Below are positions 1 through 19,801 of a DNA stretch of 64,000 nucleotides, piece after piece; the stretch's first letter is position 1, and every line of letters starts with the position of its first letter. The notes below the pieces were generated by a model. It did not search any database and was not told the DNA's origin. It was given only the letters and a program-made list of their open reading frames with translations. The position numbers and the translations under genes are program-made. The stretch is from the human T2T-CHM13v2.0 reference genome, Homo sapiens. The stretch lies in the NCBI RefSeq assembly GCF_009914755.1, contig NC_060940.1; one strand, 5' to 3'.

Positions 1-599
1 CTTTTCATATCTTATTGCTTCTGCTTTGGGCAATTCCCTATTCATATCTGCCCATTTTGCAGTTGGAGTTGAGAGTTGATCATGCATATCGATTTGCAGG
101 GCTTCTTTGTAAATCCTGGTTACTAATTTGCATTGCTAGACTTTTGTGCTGGTCTAGAGCTTGTCTTTTTACTTGTTTATGGTACCCTTTGATGTTCAGG
201 GGTTTTTTTTCTATAATTTTAATATAGTCAAATGCTTCAAGCTTCAAGGCTCATCTTGTTTAAGAAATGCCTCCCTATACCAAGGTTATGGAAATATTGT
301 CTTACATTTTCTACTAAATATTTTCAAGTGTTGTTTCCCACATTTTGGCCTCCATCCGCCCGGAATTCATTTGTGTGTGGCATATGAAAATAGTCTAATT
401 TTAGTTTCCCAAGTACCGTGCCAGAGGCTGCCACCACCCCGTTTCATGCTCTGCTCTCCCCGATGGCCTGAGGCTTGTCCTCTGCCCTGCAGGCTCCAGT
501 GTTTCCCTCCGAAGGGTGGGGCACTCATCACCAGGAAGCATCTTGCCTGCCCCAAGGGTGAGTCCAGCTGGCACCTGTAGCGGTGGCCGCATTCTTCTG

Positions 600-740
600 G
601 CAGGGGCTGCAGGGATGAGGACTATAGGAGAGTCCCGAGGCTGCCGGAACAAAATTCCACAAACTTTATGCCTTCAGGTAACAAAAATGTATTCTCTCAC
701 AAGTCAGGAGGCCACAAATCCGAATCAGGTTGTCAGCAGG
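600..740 (-). mobile_element. MLT1-type MaLR LTR, left part (continues 2679-3010)
   Basis: Typical MLT1 text (aacaaaattccacaaact...attctctcaca...ggaggcc), interrupted at gttgtcagcagg and resuming at 2679. Confidence 0.7.
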
Positions 741-840
741 TGGAGGGAATGTAAACTAGTATAACCATGGAAAACATAGTTATACTAAACTAATATAACC
801 ATGGAAAACAGTGTGGAGATTCCTTAAAGAACAAAAGTAA

Positions 841-1126
<286 letters not shown>

Positions 1127-1179
1127 GAACTGAAAGTAGATCTACCATTTGATCCAGCAATTCCGCTCCTGGATATCTA

Positions 1180-1536
<357 letters not shown>

Positions 1537-1609
1537 TTATAACAGCACAATTTGCAGTTGCAAAAATGTGTAACCAAATGGCCATCAATCAACAAGTAGA
1601 CAAGGGAAC

Positions 1610-1772
1610 TGTGGTATATATATATATATATACCACATATATATACACCATATATATATATATACCACATATATATACCGTATATATATATACCACATAT
1701 ATATATACAGTATATATATGTGGTATATATATGTGGTATATATATGTGTGTGTGTATATATGTGTATATATA

Positions 1773-1827
<55 letters not shown>
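1610..1827. repeat. Compound (TA)n/(TG)n microsatellite with palindromic units
   Basis: Read directly from the sequence. Confidence 0.95.
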
Positions 1828-1832
<5 letters not shown>

Positions 1833-2008
1833 AATACTACTCAGCCATAAAAAGGAATGAATTAATGGCATTCACAGCAACCTGGATGAGACTGGAGGTC
1901 ATTATTCTAAGTGAAGTAACTCAAGAATTGAAAACCAAATATCATACGTTCTCACTCATAAGTGGGAGCTAAGCTATGAGGATGCAAAGGCATAAGAATG
2001 ATACAGTG

Positions 2009-2385
<377 letters not shown>

Positions 2386-2678
2386 TTACCGCTAAAGAAC
2401 TTACTAATGAAACCAAGTACCACCTGTTCCCCAAAAATCTATGGAAATAAAAAATTAAAAATAAATAAATAAATATTAGTTAAAAAATGCTTGTATAGAA
2501 AAAATACACATAAAGTCACTATAGCACAGCTTTAAATGGAAAAAACCCTGATGTGATTATTACACATTTTATGCTTGTATCAAAATATCTCATATAACCC
2601 ATAAATATATATGCCTAATATGTATCCAAAAAAATGAAAACTAAACATTTAAAAAAATTTTTAAAAAGAATAAACAAA

Positions 2679-3010
2679 GTTGTCAGCAGGGTTGGTTTCT
2701 TCTGGAGGCACTGAGGGAGAAACCACTCGACGCCTCTCTCCCAGCTTCCGGGGGCCTTGGATTCCTTGGTTGTGGACACATCACTCCTGGCTCTGCCTCT
2801 GTCTTCCTTTGCCTTCTTCCCTGGGCCTCGGTCTTGTTTCCCCTGCTCTTCTAATAACTTGTCATCAGATTTAGAGTCCATCCAAAGATGATTTATCTTG
2901 AGGTCCTTCACTTAATTCCATTTGCTCAGACCCTTTTTCCAAATAAGGCCACATTCACAGATTCTGAGTGGGCATATCTTTTGAGGGGGAAACCAACATT
3001 CAGCCCACTG
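2679..3010 (-). mobile_element. MLT1-type LTR, right part
   Basis: gttggtttcttctggagg...ccctttttccaaataaggccacattcacag...attcagcccact. Confidence 0.75.
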
Positions 3011-3343
3011 TAGGATCTGTTTGTGAAATGGGAAGGAAAGCTCCTAGTGACGATGGTGGGAAAGCGCTCCTTCAACAACCATGTTCCCTTGACACCGTGC
3101 ACTTCCTTCCAGCTCCTTTATTGGATAAATTTTGCCCAATCTGCCATTTTTTAAAATTTCCTCCTGCTCCCACAAGTGCAGTGATGCGTTCTCCCACTCT
3201 TAGAAATTTATCTTAAGAAAATGATTCATGAGTATAGGGGAAAAAAATTACCTCTTTTTGTTGTTGCATTGTTACTTATATTAAAAAGTTGGAAACAACC
3301 CCCAGGAGAGGAGGTAATTACTTAATTACTTCAATAACATTTA

Positions 3344-3811
<468 letters not shown>

Positions 3812-4045
3812 TTACCCAGAAGTCTCAGCTAGTCCTTGGAGTCATGAAGGATGAGTTGAGTCCCTGAAGCAGGACTCACCACCAGGGACAGACAGGAAGG
3901 AGGTTCCTAGAGGAGGGGCAGCTTCCACAAAGACTACAGGAATCATTCAACCTCCTGAGACCCATGTGTGGTCATCAAAATGACAAAAAACATGGCAACA
4001 GAAAAGCTATGGTTAGGCAAAAAATACGGAATAAAAATTAACTCA

Positions 4046-4334
4046 GGCTGGGTGAGGTGGTTCATGCCTGTAATCCCAGCATTTTGGGAGACTGAAGCAG
4101 GAAGATCACTTGAGCCCAGGAGTTTGAGACCAGCTTAGGCAACAACCTCACCTCTACAAAAAATAAAAATAAAACTAGCCGGGTGTGATGGTACACACCT
4201 GTACTCCCAGGCACTTGAGGGTCTGAAATGGGAGGATCACTTGAGCCTGGGAGGTCGACGCTGTAGTGAGCCATGGTTGTGCCACTGTACTTCAGCTTGG
4301 GTGACAAAATGAGAATCTGTCTCAAAAAAAAAAT
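4046..4334 (+). mobile_element. Alu (AluJ-like)
   Basis: Full dimer with poly-A. Confidence 0.93.
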
Positions 4335-5560
<1,226 letters not shown>

Positions 5561-5618
5561 TAGAAAGGACTCCTAGTATGCTATTAGATTGGAGGAAGGA
5601 CGTTCAAATCCCAGCTAG

Positions 5619-5953
<335 letters not shown>

Positions 5954-6581
5954 GGAATATTTATTAATCCTGTTCAGGCTCCAGGACAACAGGCCCAAGA
6001 AAGCAGACAAGATGGCCGCCTTCCTGAAGGTTACAGTCAAGAGGAGAAGCAGGTGTTTAATAAAGTCAAGTCCCATCACCAACCCTTGACTCTACATCAA
6101 TTATTAGCGCTGTGACCTTGGGCAAGGCAGTTCTCCTTCCTGAGTTTGCTTCCTTCTCTGTAAAAATGGAGACCATGGTGCTCACCTGCCAGAGTTGCCG
6201 GAGGATTAATGAGGCTCTTCTAAGTGGTGCAGTGAGAGTGCTTAGCTCAGAACAGGCGCTCCGTATGTGTTACTTCCTTTTCGTAGCTCTACATCAGAAA
6301 TTTATGCTCAAGGACACACTAGCGTCATTGGTGGTGCACAAGGGTAGACTCATGCAGTATGTACATTTTCTAGCCATTTAAAGTCCTTTTATATGCATAG
6401 ATCTAGAAGGATCTCCATCAAGATGTTAAGAGGAGGTGATGGGATGACAGGCAGGAATTTTTTTTTTTTTTAATCTACATTCAGGGATGTGGTGACAGAG
6501 GGAATCTTGGGTAAATTACTCGACACCTCTAGACCTCATTTCAGTGTCCTCGGCTGCAAAATAATAGCGCCTACCTCATAG

Positions 6582-6591
6582 TTTTTTTTTG

Positions 6592-6622
<31 letters not shown>

Positions 6623-6820
6623 GAGAGAGGGTCTCATTCTGTCACTGGAGCATAGTGGCATGATCACAGCTTGATTACAACTCGCTGCAGCCTCTATCTT
6701 CCAGGCTCAAGTGATCCCCCCACCTCGGCCCCTCAAGCAGCTGGGGTTCCAGGCACACGCCACCATGCCCCGCTAATTTTTGTGTTTTTTGTAGAGAGAG
6801 GGTTTCGCCATGTTGCCCAG
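6582..6820 (-). mobile_element. Partial AluJ with (TTTTG)n tail
   Basis: caggctcaagtgatcc, gccatgttgcccagg. Confidence 0.85.
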
Positions 6821-7554
6821 GTTTTAATTTTTTATTATCAGAATTTTCAGCTGTTGACAAAAGAAGAAGGAATAGTTAATGAACCTCCATTATCCAGCAC
6901 CCATCTTCAACAATTATCAGTGAATTGCCAATCTTGTTTCATCTCTACCTCCCCAGCCTCATCCCTACTGGTTATTTTCAAGCAAATCCCAAGCCTGGAG
7001 ACTCTGTTAAAAATTAAAAAATTTCTATGATATCATTAATACACGTACGTATAATTTTTCTAAGCAATTTCCTAATAACATCTAATATCTAATCACTGTT
7101 CATTCATCCTCCATTATCCCATAAATGTCTTTTTACATGTGATTTGTTTCAATCAAGATCCACAAAGCCCTCACATTATGTTCGGCTGATAGATCCTCCT
7201 CCAAACCCCAGCATTTTATTAGGTCAATTTTCAATCTACAGCAAACGGGAATGAATTCTACAGCGAGCACCTGAATAAGCCCCTAGACGCAGCTATTAAC
7301 CCATTACTGCAGCTGTTCTGTCCTCCATCCATCTGCCTGTTTCTCTACAGTCCATAATCCTTTTAAGTCTCTTTTCATCCAAAATACTATCCCCCTTTCA
7401 CATTTTTTTCTTGCCATTTATTTGTTGAAGACACTATGTCATTGCCCTATAGAATTTCTCTTATTTTGAGGATCAAATAAGCTAAGTACATAGTGTTTAG
7501 ACTATAGTATGTACCTAATTAATATTCTTGAACTGATTATTATTGGCTTTTTAA

Positions 7555-7884
<330 letters not shown>

Positions 7885-8571
7885 AAAAATATATCATTTT
7901 TGAAAAAAAAAATTTTTTTAAAGAGTTCCTAGACTTGTTATGGCCACATTGTTTTGTGGCCACCAGGGGGTTTGTCTGCACTCTTTGCTGGGCTTGCCCC
8001 AGGCAATTGGCCAATGGGAAGATTTGCCAGCATCGGGCAGCTGAAGGTGGTGGAGCAAGGGGGAAGGGAGTGCGAACCTGAGCCAGAGGGGCTCCAGGGA
8101 AATGGCTGCAGTGGAACCAGGGCAAGGGACAAGGCTCAGAGCCTTCTCTAGGGCTGAGGATGGTGACACCAGGAGGGAGGCCCAGAGAAAGCACCAGGAA
8201 AGGTGTGGAAAGTTGCAGAACTCCCAAGAGCTGGTGGAAGCAACAGCACACATCATCAGGGAGCAAGGCAGAGTGCGCAGCAGGGTTTCAAGGGGCTGGG
8301 GCAGATGGAACAGGAGGAAAATGAACCTCCCCAGGGACTTGTCACCACTAACTTAGATGATAAGCAGGCAGGTGAGAAATACACAGGCCTTTGGCAGGCT
8401 CCATCAGAGGCCAGAGGAAAAAAGGAGGAGATCAGTTGGGGGAGGTCTGAGCTGGGGGGCCAGGAATGCCGAACCTGGTTTTGCCATCTGTCACCCGTGT
8501 GGTCTTGGGGAAGGCTTCTTCTTCCCTTCTTTGAGCCTTAGTTCTCCCTACCTGCAAAAGAGACAGGGTGG

Positions 8572-8892
<321 letters not shown>

Positions 8893-9011
8893 TTAAAATT
8901 TTTTTTTTTTTAGCCCTGGCAAGAAAAATGTTCTAGCTTGCTGATCTCTTCCTGGGGATAAGTAAGAGTGACATGGCTGCTAGAATTAGTATGTATTGAT
9001 GGCCCCTTTAG

Positions 9012-10221
<1,210 letters not shown>

Positions 10222-10884
10222 TCATGGTCAAAGAAATGAGTCAGCTTTCCCACTTTCATACAGATCTAGGGTTTCTCAGCTGCAACTAACCTTTGAGAGA
10301 GATTTGCCTAGTTAACCCCTGAGTAAAATCTGCTTAAGATTTTTAGCCAAACAAAATAGAAAAAAATGAATAAAGAGAGAAGTAAACTACTTGCCTGAAT
10401 CCCTGGCCCAGGACCCAGCCACCTGTCAACCACTGCTATTGTGAAACCACTCAGGCAGAGGGGACACTGTCCAGCTCAGATTCACGGGTCATTGTCATCC
10501 ACGCTGAATGAAACTCATTAGTCCTTTGTGAGCTGTTCAGGTTTAATGCCTCTAAAATTGCCTGATGAAACTGGAGCGTGGTTGGGAAACAGACAATGGG
10601 CCGTCCGGCTGAACAAAGCTGTCCTAAGTGCTCAGCGCAAAGTCGAGTCAGGTCCCGCCCATGGCACCCGGAGTGGAGCCTCAGAAATCATGACTGCTCC
10701 CTGTGAATATTCTAGTGTGAGCTCGAGGACAGTAGGGCAGACTTGGGTCCATGCCTGTCCCAGATAAAACCGGGTGAGCGACGCCCTGGGGGCTGAATGG
10801 AGGCCCGGCGAGCAGGGTGTGCTTACGGAGAACCAGCCGGGCTGGGGGCAGAACACATGCACTGCTGTGGTGGGCTTTGGGCTC

Positions 10885-11304
10885 TGCTATGGATTGGATT
10901 GTGCGCTCCCAAAATACAAGTCCTAGCCCTCAGCATGTGACCTTTTTTGGAAATAAAGTTTTTGCAGATGTAATAAGTGAAGATGAGGTCATACTGGAGC
11001 AGGGTGGGCCCCGATCCGATGACTGTGTCCTTATAAAAAGGGGAAGTTTGGACACAGACACACAGGGAGAACGCCTTGAGCATGAAGGCAGAGATTGCGA
11101 TGATGTGTCTGTCTACAAGCCAAGGAATGCCAAAGATCACCAGCAGAGAGAGGCATGGAACAGACACTTCCCCCACAGCCCGCAGAAGGAACCAGCCTGC
11201 CAACATCTTGATCTTGGACTTCTGGCCCCCAGAACTATGAGAAAATAAATTTCTTGTAGTTGTTTAAAGCCCCCTAGTTGGCGGCAGCTCCATGGAACTG
11301 ATAC
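10885..11304 (+). mobile_element. MLT1 (MLT1C-like) MaLR solo LTR
   Basis: tgctatgg start; gtgaccttttttggaaataaagtttttgcagatgtaat, caagccaaggaatgccaaag, ccagaactatgagaaaataaatttc; ends gataca. Confidence 0.85.
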
Positions 11305-11409
11305 AGAAACCTGGCTTTGAGGCCGTCTCTCTGGAAGACTTTGGGCAAATGACTTTCCTCTTTGAGCCTGGGGTTGGGAACCTGAGACTGGGGAGGCCTG
11401 GCTGTATAG

Positions 11410-11733
<324 letters not shown>

Positions 11734-12459
11734 AAGAGATCACAGGCCCTTCAGACCCCTTATCCCGACATTTAGAGGTGGAAAACCAGCAGATGGTGAC
11801 CACTTCACCCTGGGCAACTGGGCTGAAGTGGCCTATTGGGGCCCGGGGCCAGACACAGAAGCAGAGGCAGCCTGTCAGGAAGGCCAGGGGCTGGACAGGC
11901 TCACAGAGAGGGTAGGAAGAAACACAAGAGAGAGGAGGCTTTCCGATGATTCCGCGGTTCCTGCTCCCGTGAGGCCTGGTTATTCAGCTTTTGCGGGCCT
12001 CCCTTGTGTGAATTCCTTCCATCAATTACCTTCTTGAAGGTTTCACAGGGGCAATATTTTAACTGATCTCTTTCCCTGTCTTTGGAAGTGCTTTGAAAGC
12101 TGTAGTGCGAGATACACATTTTCTCGGCAACCACAAACGGTATCCAGCACCTGCTGTATGCAGATGCAGGGTAACAGCCTAGCAGCTGCGGATCTCGGCC
12201 CCAGGTGGTCACAGGCCAGTGGGAGTGTCCTGGGGCTGCACGAGACCCTGACATGCCCCGAGAACGTGGCAGTGCCTTCTCCCTCAACTCTGGGTCAAAA
12301 TAAAAACAGGGAGATGGCCAGCAAAGTGCCCCTGTGTTCCGTTGTTGGCTGTTAAATGCTTTGGTGAAATGTCACATCTCAAATACTTCCCCTTCCTCAT
12401 CTTTTTTTATTTTGAGAGACATGGGCTAACAGATGAATTGTAAAAAATATGACTGAGGC

Positions 12460-12762
<303 letters not shown>

Positions 12763-12779
12763 TATGACTGAGGCTAAAA

Positions 12780-13684
<905 letters not shown>

Positions 13685-14899
13685 ATTATTATTATTAATA
13701 GGAGGAAGAAATGCCCTGCCCAGTTCGCAATGACCCACTTGACTGTCCTTTTCACCTGTAGGGGTTGATCACCAGCAACCACATTTGTCCAGGTTGGCTC
13801 AGATACTGACTGGGGTGCGTATCTGGCCCAAGCCAAGTCCTTCCCTCAGAACTGGGCTCAACAGATCCTAGCTCAATCTGGGATGCCCTCTCCAATGGCC
13901 ACCTCCTGTCATGCAAAAGTAACATAGCAAATTAAGTCAGCCTAACCCAGAGATAAACAGAAACATAAAGTACAGAGAAGGTCCGTGGGTCCTTGGATCT
14001 TTGGCCCCTTTTGGGCTGGCTACCTTCACACCACTGGGGCCCTGGGAGGCACCCGTGACTCCTAACAACCCATGTCTATTCTTTGTTTAATCCACTCTGA
14101 TTAGTTACTATTGCAACAGAGGCATCTGGAGGCTTTGGCCTGCCTTCTTCTCTCTTCTTTGCATCTGTGAGGCTCTGCTCCCTGGAGCTACAAGAAAATA
14201 TCCACTCCTTTTTCCTCAGCCCAGGCAGGCTGGAGTCAGTTCCAACTTCATGCTGTAGCTCAAGAAAGGAGCCCAAGGGTTGAGAAGCCATTTCTCCCTA
14301 CCATTATATTGAGAACTGACTTCTTCCGACATCTTGTCCTGAGCACCTTCATGCATTATCTGCTTAGCTCAATTGTATCACAATTCAATCTCCATTTCAC
14401 AGATAGGAGTCTGAGGTTCAGAGAGATTAAGAGATTTGGTTGGCGGAACCCAGCTGAAGATGATGGAAACCTGGGCTTCAAATCTAAGGTCTGTCTTCTT
14501 GATGTCTTTGCTTTTCTACCTGGAGTCCCTGGATGGAGTTTCTTGCACCACCCCCAACCCCCCGCTGTTGCTGTGGGGTTTTAGTTGAACCCTTGACCTT
14601 GCCTCAGCTTCCTAATCTGCAAAATGGGGTGATATCATCACCCATCCTTATCTGAGGATTGTCTAGACTGACCCATGCAAATGGGGGTGTGGGTGAGTTT
14701 TGGAAGATCAGTACCTGCTCCACAAGTCTAAACCACTTCTCCTCCCCAATTCCTTCCTTTCATTGCTTCTTGGCAACTGACTTAGAGATGATGGAGAGGA
14801 AAGAAAGGCAATCACATTTAAATTGGTCAATTTGAGCAGCCTCACTGCTAAAACTGGTGTGGGAGACAGATGTAATTAATCTGAAAAACACAGTGGATT

Positions 14900-15314
<415 letters not shown>

Positions 15315-15759
15315 TAAAGTCTCTGTGAGTTTCTTTAAAAATAAATGGCATTAAAAAAATTAAAATGAATTGAAAACAAAACTTACTCATAAGAGGAATA
15401 TCTGTGTCATGGATATATTAGTCAGCAACAAAACAGAACAGACAACGATACAAACACCAACGTGGACAAATCTCAAATCCTTCTATACCGAGCCAAAGAA
15501 TTCAGAAGAAAAGGAATGCATACTTTTTGGTATTATGTATATGACATTCGATAAAGGGTGAAACTATCTACAGTGACAGAGGGCAGATCAAGGATTGCCT
15601 GGGGCTGGCAGTGGGTGACTGGGATCAACTATAAAGGAGCAGGAAGGTATTTTTTGAGTCTGTGGGAAAGTTCCAGGTCCATGTCTTGATTGAGGTGATG
15701 GTCACATGTGTGTATATATGTGTCAAAACTTGTCAATCTATTCTTTTAAAATGGGTTCT

Positions 15760-16601
<842 letters not shown>

Positions 16602-17564
16602 AGGACAAAGGGTTGCCCGTAATCCCATCTCTCTGGAGATAACCACTATTGTTTTGGTGTATGTAGGAAAAGCGATCAATCAATCGATTGTAAGAAATAT
16701 TAGTTCTAGGAAAGCACTGAGTCCTCTGTAGTACTTTCTCAGCGATTCCAGACTTATTTATTTGGTGACAGTGAGAAGGGAAGGGGGAGAGGCTGGCACT
16801 TCACGTTCCCTTGTTGCCCTCCCTCGTCTCCTGTAAGCAGAGAGGGTGGGGAGCTATCATTCGGCTCCCCAGCATCACAGGCGGCTGAACGTGAATCAGC
16901 TTCCCCTCTCCTCCCTTCCCACTGCTGGAGCTAGAGAATGGGCTGGCTTCACATCAGCCCAGAAGAGGAAGGAGGATGTTCACCAACTTCACAAAACACG
17001 ACTCCTCTTTTTACACCGGGAGAATGAGCACATTTTATTATTTGATCAGCACATTAAACGCCATCAGTACGGAGTGTCTGTTCCCTTACGCTAGTACCTG
17101 ATTCCTGTTATAAATGAGGTTCAGGAATGCTCTCCTGGCTGATGTAATTTTGAGACAGAGTTTTCAGATGGAACTTCCAAAGAATCCCCCAAAAGCAACA
17201 GCGTCATGGGTAGATACAAAATTGGGATTGCTTAAGAACAATTTTTTGCCTGCTTTTGGTTCCTGACATTTTATTACACACACGGCCTCACGCCATTAAA
17301 CGGACTCCAAAACCACGACTTAATACAAGTTGCATCTCATTCCATTGTATGGGGCCCTATGTTCCTTGACGGTCTGATAAAGTTGGCTAGAAGCCAGTTT
17401 GTTACTAGACCCCATAAGTGGCATCTGAGGAGGAACGTGTCAGGGCACGAGTGTGAACAATATGATCTCCCGAGACTGTGACCCACAGGATGACTGATGA
17501 GGAGGTGGCTGACACCACAGCATCCTCTGCCAGCTGAGAGGGAGAAATAAACATCTTCCTTGAA

Positions 17565-17941
17565 ACCAGGGGTGATTTTGCCTCCTAGGTGACAAAGGCG
17601 GGCGCGGTGGCTCACGCCTGTAATCCCAGCACTTTGGGAGGCCAAGGTGGGCGGATCATGAGGTCAGGAGATCAAGACCGTTCTGGCTAACACAGTGAAA
17701 CCCCGTCTCTACTAAAAAATACAAAAAAAAAAAAAAAAGTAGCCGGGAGTGGCGGTGGACGCCTGTAGTCCCAGCTACAAGGTCCAGAGAAATTTTTGGT
17801 TGTTATGACTTGCGGATGCTCCTAGCATCCAACAGGTAGAGGCCAGGGATGCTGCAGAACATCTCAGACTGCACAGGACAGCTGCCTGCCACAAAGTGTC
17901 ATCCATCCCAAATGTGAATAGAGCCCAAGTTGGAAACCCTG
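17565..17941. mobile_element. MER20 (hAT) interrupted by a 3'-truncated Alu (17597-17778)
   Basis: ggggtgattttgcctcc...gtagaggccagggatgctgc...gcacaggacag...aaatgtgaatag...gttggaaaccctg. Confidence 0.8.
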
Positions 17942-18317
17942 CTTCCAATCCTGCAGAGATGCTGTGTCTAGAGTGTCTATACCCAGTTGCTGGGCGAATG
18001 GGAAAGATTCAGAGAGGTGGTCTGGATGGAAGGCCCGTTGCCACGGTCATGCCAATACGGGTTCTAAAATAACGGTGGTAATGTGAAATAGCTAACACTA
18101 TTGTGAGTGCTTACTCTGGGCTCGGCTTGATCATCTCACTGAATTTCTGCGACCTGGGAGGAAGGTACTATGACGACTCCACTTGACGGTAAATCAATCA
18201 AAGACACATACAGCTGGTAAGCAAAAGAGCAGAGAGTTTGTTTTTTTCTTGGTATACTTTTTTGGGGGGCGGTTGTGATGATTTTTTGTGAGGGCGTCTG
18301 GCTTTCCCACATGACTG

Positions 18318-19801
18318 TGAGCTCCCATGAGGACAACATCATATGTGTGATGGAGCTGCAGTATCCGGCAAAGTCCCTGCCACTCAATTCGGTGCTAATA
18401 AACAGGTGTTTAATGGAATCAAATAAAAGAAGGAATGAAGCAGGGTAATGTAGCTCAGGAGTTAGGACACTGGCGTCTCAGCTAGATCCAGCCATTCAAC
18501 AGATAATCATGGTGCATTTACTTTGTGACATGCCCTGGAGAAACAAGCAGCGGTGTCCTGAAGCCGATCTGTAATGGCTCATGACAGCTGATTGTTAATT
18601 TTTCAGAAATTTTGCAAGCTGGTTGTCAAACAGCCAGTAAAAAAAATTAAGTTATGTAAAGTTACAAGTAAATAATATTTTTAAAAGGTAATACAACTCA
18701 TCACTTCCTAATTATTTTACTACATTTTGCCGGTATCTCTCTTCTTGAAGTTATTTATGTCGATTGTAGCGGTCGCCAAACTTTTTCTGTAAAGGGGCCA
18801 GAGAGTGAATATTTTAGGCTTTGCAGTCCATGGCTGAATCTGGCCCCTTGCTGGTGTATTGTATCTGTGTGGTGGAAACTCTGCCGTGGGGTGCATGTCT
18901 TCCTAACTCCATGTCCAAGGACACATGTTGGTAGCTTGTATAATAATTGGCCATGGTGGTTGTATTTGCACCAGGGAAATTGTCAAACTTTATAGATCAG
19001 GCTTTCCTTTTTTCAGCAGGCTGACTATTGAACACGACCCTGGATACAGTGGTGAGCAAAACCAGAATGAACCCTGCCCGCTTGGAGGGTACAGTGCAGT
19101 GCATTGGGGTTTGTGCACCATTTCATGGTGGGGTGGGGCAAGGAGAGAGAGCTGTGCAGAGGCTGGAGTGGATCTCCACTGGAGACTGCTGGTTGTTAAA
19201 CAGCCAGTTAAAAAAAAGATTAAGTTATGTAAAGTTACAATTAAATGAATAATATTTTTTAAAAGGTAATACAACTCATCGTTTCCTAATTATTTTAGTA
19301 CATTTTGCCGGTATCTCTCTTCTTGAAGTTATTTATGTCTATTGTAAGGGTTGCCAAACTTTTTCTGAAAAGGGGCCAGAGAGTGAATATTTTAGGCTTT
19401 GGAGTCCATGGGCTGAATCTGGCCCCTTGACTATAGTTGCTGACCCCCCATGACAATAGTTGCTGAGCTCCCATGAGGGCAGCATTTTGTGTGCTATGGA
19501 TCTGTAGTACCCAACACCGTCCCCGGCCCTCAAATAGGTGCTAATAAACAGATGTTTAATGGAATCAAATAAAAGAAAATGAATGAAGCAGTGTCACGTA
19601 GCTCAGGGGTGAGGACATTGACATCGCAGCGAGATCCAGCCATTCAACCGAAAATCACTATGCATTTACTTTGCCCGCTTCATTCATTCTTTCTTTTATT
19701 TAATTCCGTTAAACACCTGTTTATTAGCACCTATTTGAGGGCTGGGGACGGTGCTGGGTGCTACAGATCCATAGCACATAAAATGCTGCCCTCATGGGAG
19801 C
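18318..19801. repeat. Local duplication/inversion: A(18318-18525) B(18618-18850) ... B'(19188-19429) A'(19464-19673) invA''(19677-19801)
   Basis: Manual alignment of the segments. Confidence 0.92.
18547..19002 (+). mobile_element. MER63-like hAT element containing an internally deleted MER58-like insert (~18768-18850)
   Basis: gctgattgttaatttttcagaaattttgcaagctggttgt...catcacttcctaattattttactacatttt...ggccatggtgg. Insert gccaaactttttctgtaaaggggccagagagtgaatattttaggctttgc. Confidence 0.7.

Noticed and set aside
18318-19801. Repeat-spacer arrangement as CRISPR-like array or novel transposon with TIRs
   Set aside because: Eukaryotic DNA; the units are long, irregular pieces of L2/MER63/MER58-like repeats; no TSD around the inverted pair.
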